Shown one piece after another: positions 24,613 to 35,493 of a stretch of DNA of 64,000 nt (within the stretch, counting starts at the first letter, position 1; each line of letters starts with the position of its first letter). The notes under the pieces were generated by a model. It saw only the letters and a list, made by a program, of their open reading frames with translations, did no database searches and had not been told where the DNA came from. Both the position numbers and the translations under genes were made by a program. Source of the DNA: Camelus dromedarius (lineage: Eukaryota); the NCBI RefSeq assembly GCF_036321535.1, contig NC_087459.1, positions 22,196,001-22,260,000 on the forward strand, read 5' to 3'.

Positions 24613-27600
24613 TCAGTAGTCCTCCTCAGCCAGGGAGAGGAGCACGGCCTTGGGTGTGTTCTCGAAGAGGGCAGCTCTGTTCTGCTGCTGCCCCTTCTTC
24701 ACCCAGTGGCCGTAAATTCGGAAAGCATAGGCATCGATGAGTCGCCGCAGGGGCCGGAGGGCATAGGGGTCCCGGATGACGATCTCCCGGGTCACGGGCT
24801 TCACGCGGCGGTACTGGTAGTAGATCCGCACTGAGGCCAGCACCGTGAGAGCGATCACCTGCGGAGGCCGGGACTGTGGACCTGGGCCTGGCCCCCGCAG
24901 GCCTGTCTCCTTCCCTTCCAGTGCAGGAGGCCCTGAGCCTCTTTGCTGGGAAGCCTTGTGTGGCTTCTGCTGGGCCCAAGCGCTGCCTGGATCCCTGTTC
25001 CCACCCCACCAGCAAGCACAGGGCTTTAGGCTGTCGGAGCTGATCTGTCTTCCCTGGAGCCAGAAGTTGAGGTGGAGCCATCACAGGGCTGGGCAGGAGG
25101 GGAAGGGCGGGTGCTCTGGAAACCCTGGGGGTGTGAAGAGTCCCCAGGAAGGGCCCTTGGACCTCAGGAGCCTGCAGCGCCCGCCCCAGGGCCCTGAGTG
25201 GGAGGTGAGCCTCAGTACCTTGAACTTCCCCCGGGGGCTGAAGTGCCGCACTTCCTCCACCACGTACTGCTGGAAGAAAGGGTGCGCCAAGGCTTCTTCT
25301 GCCGAACAGCGGCCCTGTGGGCTCACCACCAGGAAGCGGGAGACCTGAGACAGCAAGGGGGAGCGGAAAACGTCAAGGCGGGTCTCCCCTGGCAGGTGCC
25401 TCCATCCTGTGACGCAGTGCACCCGCCTCTCCCCAGCCTGGACCTTCCCCCGACCTGAGCCCGGGAGCCGGCAGGCTGGGCCTCTCACCAAGTCCTTCAC
25501 AGTGTCAGAGTAGTCATCCCACTCTGGGGAGCCAAACTGGTAGTTGCCACTCATAATCATCCGCAGCATCAGCATCTGCTTGCGGTGCCAGAAGGGCGGG
25601 GAGCCGGCCAGCAAGGTGTACATGATGACCCCCGTGCTCCACCTGGCACCGGGTGGGCAGGAAGAAAGGCAGGAGCCAGCTGTAGCTCCTACTGCTTCCT
25701 CACCTCCCCAGCCAGGTGCTCCCGGCCATGGGGGTGTCCCTGTCCCCAGGGGTCACCTCCTTCCCCCAGCGCACTCACATGTCCACCTCTTTCCCGTAGC
25801 CTGGGTGGTCATCATTCATGGAGCACTCAATGATCTCAGGGGCCAGGTAACTGGGGGTCCCACACACCTCTGCAGGAACAGTTTCCATCAGGACAGGTCA
25901 GCAGGGGGCACTCGGAAGAGGAAGGCCCAAAGAAACAATGGAGACAGAACTGAAATGGTGCCTGGGCTGGGACTCTCTGAACACTGGCCAGCTTCAGGGC
26001 CAAGGTGCTGGCTCAAGTGGCCACCTACTTGGGGCCCATTGGTTGCCTAGTTACATCTAGCCATCCTGCCTTGGCATGCAGGTGGTGGGAACCTGGCCCA
26101 CCCCAGTCCTGGGAAGAGACACCCGGCCCTGAAATGGTAGGATTTTTATTCTGGGGGAGAACCCAGGCAATCTCTGTTTCAGGGACAGCTGATGAGAGCG
26201 CCTGAGCACCTGACGTCGGCTAAGGCCATGTTACCAGACCTCGCAGCTTCTCTCCCGGCTCCAGCTGGCAGGAAAAGCCGAAGTCTGTGAGCTTGATGTT
26301 CATGTTGTCATCCAAGAGGATGTTCTCAGGCTTCAGATCCCGATGCACGATGTTGAGTTTGTGCAAGGAGCAGATCACCTCCAGCAGGGCTCTCATGATC
26401 TTTCTGGGGTGGGAGGGCACATGTTAACTCTCATCTCCTCCTCTGCAGGGTCCGGTGACAGGCAGGGAGACCAAAGCCCACATACCAGCCAGACTGCAAG
26501 TGAGGGAGGACTCAAGACAGGCTGGGACTATCTAAGCTGAGTCAAGGAGGGAGGGAGACCACCAAAGCCAGCAGCTGACACAGCCCACCCAGACAAGTGC
26601 ACGCTGGGCCTCCTCCAAGACCTGGGGGCCTGTAGCACCAGGACCGGGCAGGGAGTGGGGAGAGGAGCAAATGGACCCTCACCTGGTTTCCTTCTCACTC
26701 AGGGTGACCTTCTCAGTGAGGTAATCAAAGAGCTCCCCTCTCTTCATCCTGTGGGGGCAGAGGGATTTTAGCTGGAGGCGTCCCAAGACTACCCCCTCAC
26801 CCTGCCCCCAGAGAACTGCTTCCCCCTCTAACGCCTCCAAAGGCAGAATGGGCTGCCCTCCGTGAAGGACCAAGATCTGCGGGGAGGGGCTAGGGGAGTA
26901 GGTGGAGACATCATCTGGGAAGACTGGAAGAGAAGGGAGGCAGGAGGGGTGCGATGGCACCAGTGTGAGGGTCCCCCATCCTTGGGAGTGACAGCATGGA
27001 CTGCGATCTATCAGGGCCAAAATCGGGTGGGAGGGGAAAGAGGGACCCTGAGCCGCTGGCCTAAGGCCCCAGACCCAGGCCGGAAGCACGGGAGTCTCCT
27101 GATTTTCCCCAGGAACAAACAGCAGTAGCAGTGCGAGCGGTGGAGGAGCAGTTTGGCCCATTCGGATTCCTCAGGGTTAAGAATTGCAGTTCAATCATCT
27201 CACTTCTTGGGATGATCTAGAAAGAGGTCTCTGCTACAATAGCCTAGTTATACTCTAGAGGGCAACTCAGGGCAGCATTAAAAATAGCTTCCTGAAGCAA
27301 CTTCTTCAAAGGTTAGAGACATCTGAGCTGCAGGACAGTGCCGCTGAGCGGAGCTGGGACAGCTGCAGCTGGGCAAGTCTGGAGGGGTCCCGGGAGAGTC
27401 TCCCTTAGTTAAATAGGAAAGGTGCGTCCTTCCCACTCCTGCCTGCCTTCCGCCCATCCCCAGGGAAAGCAGGGCACAAGGGATTTTGGCCAGTGGCAGA
27501 GAGGGGCACCAAAACCCTTGAGCTTAGTTGGTGGGGCAGGGAGGGGAGTTCTGTTTGAGGAGCAACCTAGAAATTACAGAAGTGAGCCTTGTTTCATACA

Positions 27601-30600
27601 CGCTCAGTACTATGTTCCTAAAAGGCAGTGTCCAGTTTTCATCGCTTTAATTCCATTTCAAAGACACGAGGATCAAGTAACAGTGGTGCTATTTCTCTTT
27701 TGTGGCCTTTTAGACTTCTGTTGCCCTAAAATTCCATTTTACCGGGAGCCCATTTTCCACCTGGTCTTTCTTGAAAAGTTTTTTTTTTCCCCCTACTTTA
27801 AACAGTTTCTAAATAAAATTCTGTATTTCAAGAGAAAACAAAAAGACACTAGGAGAACTCACTAATAGCAGGAGCAGCAAAAAGATTTACCAGTAAACAC
27901 AAGGACTGTGCAAGGCCCATCAGCAAAGCAGGCCCCTGCCTTCCCGGAGCCGGCAGTTTAATTGTCAACACACACCAAGTTAAACTGTGTCTTCAAGAAA
28001 AACCATCACTGCACATGTTCAGTATGGCTACAAAATGAAGTGTTGCAACAATTCGAAATCTGCTTGCATAAGTTTCTCGAGAAAATCTAGTCCCTAAATT
28101 AGGAGTTATGTGTGGAGAAATCAAGACAGCTCTACAATGATGATTTGATGCTTTGTGCGACAGAGATGTATGTTCTTCAGTGAAGACTTGGTGGAGCTGG
28201 GGAGTCTCCTTCCTTGGGAACCTTTTCCAATAAGACTGGTAGTAAGTTTGAGTGCACTGTTCACAGAGCATTTTGTGTTGTTCAAACTCCATGCTTGGAG
28301 CCTGGTGAGACAGGCAGTATCATCTTTACTTCCAGGAGAAAACAGAGGCTCTCAGAGCTAAATGGCCCACTGGTCCCCAGGGAAGTGGACCCTGGGACAA
28401 GGAGCTCATCTCAATAGCCATGCTGATGCATAAGCAGAGGGACAGTGACATTGATGATGATGATGCTAGTCTTGGAACCACACCCCAAATACAGTCTCCA
28501 CCACCTGCTTCTCTCCCCTGGTGGGTCTCTTGCCCTCATACTGCTGGCTTCCTCCTTTCCACTCTTGCCTCCTTACAGTCAGCAGGATCCTTTATAAAAG
28601 TAAATCAGATCACATCACCCTCCTGCTCTCGGCCCTCCACAGTTCTTCCATGGCGAAAATGCTGGCTTGCTCTGCTCTTTGGGACTGACTGCCCTTGTAT
28701 CCTGCCGTTGTCACAAGCTTGCTCCACTCCCCCACCCTGACTTCCTCTCCAAGCCTCAGACATGTCAAGCTCATCCAGCAGGGCCCTTGCTCTGGCTCCT
28801 CCCTCTGCTAGAAGGCTGCTTCCCCAGGTCTTGGCTCAGATCCCCATCTCCCTTCATCCAGGTCTCTGCCAAGGTCACCTCCTGGAGAGCATCCTCTGTC
28901 TACTCCCAAGGGAGCCCCGCTGCCTCCAACCCCTGCTCAGCTTTATGAATACGTGCATGTGCTTAACTCGGTGTGTATTTTATGACTTGATTGCTTTCTG
29001 TTCCCTCCCTGTGAAAATTCTTACATGAAGTCAGCAACCTAATCTGTCTTGTTCATGGCTATATGTTCAACGTCTGGAATAAGTATTGAATGATCACCAC
29101 TGTCATCATCAGTGTAGTTAATAATTATTAGCATTAAAAGAATTATTAGCATTTACACTGTGCCAGTCACTATGCTATTACTATTCCTATAACACTGACG
29201 AGAAACTGATTCTTAAACCATCCAGCCCATAAGTGGTGTACCTGGGATTCAAAAGCTGGCAGCCTGACCCCAGGAGCTGATTCTCCTAAAACATCTGTGG
29301 TCTTGTTTGGCATTCAGCGTGTAGGGGGCTGGCTGCTGGTTTCCAGGAAGCCCTGGTGGGGGAGCACAACAGATAGGCCCAGGGTGTGGCTGGCTGGCTC
29401 CAGGGCTGGGTACTTACAGATCAAACACCAAGAAGAAGAAAGTGTTGGTCTCATAAGTGTCCTTCAGCTGTACTGAAATGGAAATGGCTAGCTCGTCTCA
29501 GGCGGCAGAGGAGCCCGGGCAGGGGCAGTGGAGGCTCAAGGGCAAGGGGATTAAAGTTGCTGGGGGCTGGCTCAGAAGCTGGAGGGGATATCAGGGTGAT
29601 GTTGAAAGGAGGCCCTCCAGGGGAGGGGGCAGCCCAGGGGCTTCACGTTCCCACCCCCCACCCAGCCCCAGCCCTGCCTGCAACCCCTTCTGTCTGGCTG
29701 GAGGAGGAGGCTTAGACAGAGCTGAATCCCAGGAGCAGTGAGAGTGGAGCTGGGAACCTCAAGCCTCAGGGCACTGGGCTGGCTGGGCCTCGGGGTGCGG
29801 GAGACCCTCTGGATGGTTCTGGCTAGCTGCACGGGGAGGCCAGTCTCCCGACTAGGGCTATCAGAGCAGAATTGTGGCACAGCACCCCTCCACGGCTTGG
29901 GGGCCATCACTCACTGATGTTGGGGTGTCCTGAGACCTTGCGCAGGATGTCCACCTCCTTCAGCGTGGCCTCCCGCAGCTCCCGCACCTCCTCGGAGCTG
30001 AAGCTGCCCCCGCCGGTGATGTCGATGATCTTCACCGCATACTCCTGGCACGTGGGCTTGTGGATGCAGCGCCTGACGACACTGCTAACTCCCCTAGGGG
30101 TGCAGAGGACAGATAGTCCTGGGGGCCCCTCACCCCAGGGGGAGGCCTGGGTTCAGGCTACAGGAGAGATGTCCTGCCTTGTCCCCCAACTTCCTGTGAG
30201 CTTTCAGGGATGGTGGGATGTGAGAGCAGCACAGAGTGGGCGATTTGCCTGGAGCTGATGAGGAAGAAGCCTGCTTTCAGGCCTCCCGACTCCTAGCCCA
30301 GTGTTCTTCCCCAGCCCGTAGGAAGAGGCCATACCCTCTCAGGGCCATAAACTTCCCTCAGACTCCTGATCCCCAGCCCTGGCCCAAAGCTGGGTTGGGA
30401 TGTGTTGTCAGCAGCACTGGGGGAGCTCTTTGCTAGGAGCGGTCTCTGATCTGGGCACTCTTGCACCCGCCTCCTCCGTCCTGGTTCAGGAAGGCAGGAC
30501 TCCAAAATGAGGCTCCCTCCAGGTGGACAGTGCTTTGTGGATGGAAACAGGGTCAGTGCTCAGGGTCAAGCAGAGACTTCTCCAGCCCACAGAGCTGGCT

Positions 30601-30725
30601 GGAGCCTGGGACAGCACTTCGTGGGGAAGGTCTGGGCCTTACCTGCCCAGGATCTCCTTGGGCTCATAGTTCTCATAGAAGCTCTGTGCGGAATGGAAGT
30701 CCGGCAGTGCCTTGTCCTGGGTCAT
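24613..30725 (-). CDS. PHKG1: Phosphorylase b kinase gamma catalytic chain, muscle isoform (PHKG1), 9 coding exons, 387 aa
   Basis: Minus-strand exons 30725-30643, 30093-29915, 29472-29418, 26748-26683, 26403-26240, 25869-25779, 25642-25489, 25344-25219, 24858-24613; total 1164 nt. [57 protein letters not shown], and C-terminal calmodulin-binding region ..LLSLAEEDY*. Confidence 0.98.
28600..29090 (+). mobile_element. L2 LINE 3' fragment in PHKG1 intron
   Basis: aaatcagatcacatcaccctcctgctc..tctgccaaggtcacctcct..atctgtcttgttcatggc..tattgaatga. Confidence 0.7.
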
Positions 30726-32858
30726 GCTCAGCTCCTTAGGGGTGACTCCCAGGGGGCCTAAAAAGGGAACACAAAGAACTCATCAGCCTTCTTGACTTAG
30801 GGGATGTGCTCTTCCAGGGCTGTAACCATCTCTCCCTCATCTTTGTTATTTCCTGGCATAGGGCTGACCTCTTGTGAATGTTCAAAGCAAATGTTTGTGA
30901 ACAGACAAAAAAACTTTGAAAAGAGCCCAAGAGCCCAGCTTGCTTCTCCCCACTGGCTGTGAGCTCTCGTCACCCCAGATGACTGTGTGGCTCCCTACGT
31001 GTTCTCGTTGTAAGCTTTTGCTTCCCCTGTAGGAGCAGCAGATGGTCAGCCAGGCCCAAGCCGAGGCTTGAGGCAGGAATCAGGCCATCGGGCTCCAAGA
31101 TTAGCTTTGACAAGGCCAGCACACCCTTGATTTTAGAAAGAACCACTGAAAAACTCTGCAAAGGACAGATTAAAGTGCTGTTTCTTTTCCTCTTTGAGGA
31201 GACGAGGCTAGTCCTGCTTTTCCTCTGCCTGCTCTCAGCACTTGTGGAAAAGGTGACAAGCTTCATGTTTCATCTTCAAATGTGCCACTCCCATTGCCTC
31301 TCCTTATCTCCCCAGTTGTAACTGTCCTCCCTGGAAAACATCGTCCTTCCGGGACAGGCTTGCTGTGCTTCCCACAGCTGCTAACTCACCCGTTCTGCCC
31401 TTAACCAGGACTTTCATAATCTCCCTCCCTCCCTTCCTTCTTGCATCCTTCCTTCCCACCTTTCAACCTCCCTTTTCTTTCTTTCATACTCTGGGAAGTA
31501 CTATGTCAGGTGCTCTGAGGGGTGCAGAGCTTGATGGGTGAGTCCTGGTCCCAGCCTCTGGTACCATTTGTCAGTGTGTGCTGTCATCTCCTCCGACTGT
31601 GATCACCTCTAGGACCTTCCAACCATCCCTCCCCACTGTGCCCACTGCAGGTGTGTCGCAGGGTCTGCTCAGTAGATGTAAGTCAATAGCTGGAAGCATC
31701 CCTGTGGTCCAGGTTCCTGCCGGCAGGGTGGTCCTGTCCTCAGAATGCCCCATGTCCTACCTAAAGCTGGCCAGTGAGCCCTGAGTGGTCCTGCTACAGC
31801 GTGGGGCAGTACAGAGCCAGGACACTCAGGCCTAGACCCAGAGGAGCTGAGCTGGCTGGCTTTGTTTCAGGGACACAGAGGCCACCAGGTACTGAACTCC
31901 TACCTCCACAGAGGACTTGAGGAATGGAGAAAATCAGGTACCGACAGGAAGAGGGGCAGATAGAAAACAGGCACAAGCTGCCACTCAGCAGGGCCAGAGC
32001 TGCGTCTGGTCCCACGTCCACTGCTCTTTCTGGGTTCAAGAAGGCCTGGGCTGTCAAAGGGGCCAATTTGCTGACCCGTCAGGCAGAAGCCCTGGCTGCC
32101 TTGGGACAGGCCGGCTGTTCCAGGAAGCTGGTGTCCCCACCGCTGGGTGCCTGGTTACCAGAGGCAGGACTAGAATAACAACGGTCTCCTCTGCCAGCAG
32201 CAGGCGCCTGAGCTCTCACAGGCTGCCTCCGCCCGCAGCAACCCCGGCTGAGCCCAGGAGTGTGTATTCCCCACAAAAACAAGCCCATTTCATGGCAAGT
32301 CCTTTTAAGTTCCCCAGCTGGGTATCTGTGCCCCTCCACCTCCCAAAGCTGGGTAGCAAACGGTCTCTCCCTTCCCCCAGCCCTCCGTGCACAGAGGGTG
32401 TGTCTACAACCACCCCAGGATGCCGTCCCAGCTTGAGGCCCCACCATGCCCTGGCACCACCAGCTTTGCTGAGTTCCAGCGGCACTCACGTCTCCTGGGC
32501 TGGGCGGTGGTTTGTCTTGTCTCATCCCCTTGCTCTGGGCCTAACTTGGGGCCAACATCATGCCCCCACCTGCATTCCCCATGCCTTTCCCAGGACTCCT
32601 TTGGAAAGGGTCCCCAGACGGGAGTAGGTAGCCTAGGCCTTTTTGGAACATAACATCCCTCCCCCAAACTCAGAGTCAGAAAACAGTCACAGGGACCTGC
32701 TTTCTGTAGACAAGTGAACTGGAGGGTTAATGCTGCCACTCTTCTGGGCCCATCTGCCTTCAGAAGCGGGGAGAAGTGGGTCTAATGAATTTGGGGGGTT
32801 CTGACTTCTCTACCCGTCTCTCCCTCTCCCCACCTGCTGCCTGGCTTTTGTCACTCAC

Positions 32859-33310
32859 TGGTCCAACTACTCACCACTGTGTCCTCACAGGCCCTTGAGT
32901 GAATGTGACAGGAATCCCAAAGGTCCCGGAGCCCCCTGGGGAGAGGGGACAACAGACGACTGAAGTGTGACCCGAACAGACACTTGTGGCCAGAGTAGAC
33001 TATCTTGCTGCTTTCCCTTTGGGCTTTGCTGCTTGATGACGGAAGGCTGCGGTGCCAAAAATAAAACACAACTGCAAACCTGGGATGTGGGCCAAGGCTC
33101 CGTAGGACAGGGCACAGGCTGACCCCTGGTGGAGGGTGAAGGAAGCTCTGCTGGCCTGGGGGCCGGCAGGGCAGTGCGAGGTGGCCAGGCTTCCCCCGGG
33201 AGCTCGCTCAGCCTCCAGGCCTGGAGATGCAACCAGCTGGCTTCTTCAGGAGCCATCTCTGTGTATGCTGGGCGCAGAGCCCCAGAGAATGTCTCAGCGC
33301 ACCTGTGTGC
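32859..33310 (-). promoter_or_regulatory. Probable PHKG1 non-coding exon 1 and muscle-type promoter
   Basis: Strong minus-strand donor cca|gtgagt at 32859/32858, which would join the acceptor at 30757. MEF2-like CCAAAAATAA 33055-33064; E-boxes at 32981, 33234 and 33300. TSS not determinable. Confidence 0.5.
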
Positions 33311-35213
33311 TACCTCCAGTCCTGGCTGCCACGGGGACCCAGCAGGGTAGGGCTTATGTGGCTGGCCTACAAAATGCAGCCCCTCCAAGACTCCATCTCT
33401 GATCTGCCTCCATGATTTTCTCCATAACCAATTTTGTTTTCAGCCTGCAGTTTCTAATGAGACTTCCATGGCCTCTAACCATGTGCAGCTTTGGGTTCTT
33501 CGGGTGAGGGTCCTCATCAGTGTAATTCTAGCTTAAGAGGCTGACAGAATTGGAAATCACGTATGCAACATGCTGGCACACACTGGACACTTACTTATGG
33601 CTCACCCTCATTCTAAAGCTACCTTTTCTTCAAACCCCTAATTCTAATATTACCTACTGTGCTTTGCACACATGCTGAGCCCATAAACACTCATTTAATT
33701 CATATTTTATAAAGCATTTCACACTTTCACTTCTACCAGGAAAACTCTGGTATTAAGCCAATTTTAGAGAATGTGATTTGCTTAAGGTCACCAAGTAGGT
33801 GAGCAGGAGGGCCTAGGTGAACCTGACGTGGGCCCATGTGCTCTTTCCATCATACCATGTTCACTCTGGGGAAGTACTTTGAACTGCTATATAGAATGAA
33901 GCTATAAACTCTGCCTCTATCCATAAAGGCTTCCAGCTTACTTATATGCAACATCTGATTCCAAGGATGAAAACACTGCAGTCTCCTTTTCTTTACTGTC
34001 AGTAAGTTTTTTTTTTTTTTTCTTTTCTGATTCTAAGCTGTAGACTCTTGCCAGTTTTACATTCACAGTGCATGACAAACCTCCCTGTAACTTTAAGGCA
34101 AACAGGCATTACACCTACTGGACTATTCCCTGTGCCCTTCTGTGTAGCCATGGCTCCCAACAGGGAGAGGCCAGATCAGTCACTTTTGCATTTTGTCAGT
34201 GGTTCATTGTCCTTTCATTCATTGATTCATCAATATTTGGGTACCCACCATACACCATCACACCTTGGACATAAGGGGCATTAGTACTATGAACTCAGAC
34301 GTCCTGAGCCTCTAGGAAAATGGGCAAAGAGCCCACTGATGAGCCCAGGAGGAATATGCTGGAGGACGAGCCAGTAGTGAACTGTCTGTGGTCATTTAGG
34401 TCCTTGAGAAAAGGCAGACTTGGCCCCTTTTCTGGAACTGAATGATTAGGTACAGTGTGGGGCACTCTAAGAACCCAGGTGAGGACAGGAGGTGAATAAT
34501 CCAGTCATTCAAAAGCATTTCACTCACCTAGTGGTAACAGAGGTCTCCAAAACAGAGGGGGGAAAAAAATCACATAATCTCCAAAAGGTACATTTGAAAG
34601 CAGGAAAATTGCAGAGCATAATGTACACATGCACCCCAAGTTGAGTCCAACTCCTTAAGACAACATGGAGCAGGCAACTCCAGCCAGCTTGAGTCTTTCC
34701 AGAAGAAGCTACAATGATTTAAGGAAAACATCTGCAGTTTTATGAAAAGAATGATTTTTCATCTCCAACCAATTCACTGGATATTCTAGCCTAACACTGA
34801 CATGTAGTGCTGACCTGGCCACAGGGAACCCACACCAGGAAGGGGTCTACTCCCACTGTTCCTTCATCACTCACCAGATTGGAACAGTTAGTATTTTAGA
34901 GTTCCTGTTACTGCTCAGTTCACTCAACATTGGCTCCAAAGGCCTGCAGCACCTGAAACCTTTTTAACGAGCAGCGTGTTTGCCAGGGAACTCTTCCCTA
35001 CAGAACTGATTCTCCATGAAAGCCCCTCAGGAAGCTCTGCCAGATTCTTAGGGGGCTGCGACTTCAATATCCAAAGACTACAAACTAGATAAACTTATAG
35101 ACATGTTGAGGCAACCGTGTTCTTCTGTAAAATGCCTTATGTTCACAATGTGTGTGCCATTTGTGATTTATAAACTTATTCTTATGAGTCACCCCCATTT
35201 TGAAAGAAAATCA

Positions 35214-35219
35214 TTTATT
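35214..35219 (-). terminator. CHCHD2 poly(A) signal AATAAA
   Basis: tttatt on the + strand, about 275 nt downstream of the CHCHD2 stop. Confidence 0.75.
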
Positions 35220-35493
35220 CTAATTAATTAACAAACAGTAACATCAGAAAAACACGTTTAAGAGGCCAAACACCTGCCAGCCCCAAACTCAATGTCATCT
35301 CAGTGAACTTCTGTTTAGGAAGGACACCCTCTTCCAACTGCAATTCTGAAGCAAAAAAAGCTACTAATGATAGAGGAGAGGTTTAACTAGTGGTTTCACA
35401 CTTTCGTATCTCTTCATTATCAATTAGATTTCTATGCTAAATCAACTTGGTCATGAGAGATGATTTTTCATGTCTTCAATTGCAACTTCTTGA

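Noticed and set aside
31917-32627. 236-aa + strand ORF in PHKG1 intron 1
   Set aside because: Composition typical of GC-rich non-coding DNA, no domain recognised, no clear promoter or Kozak support.
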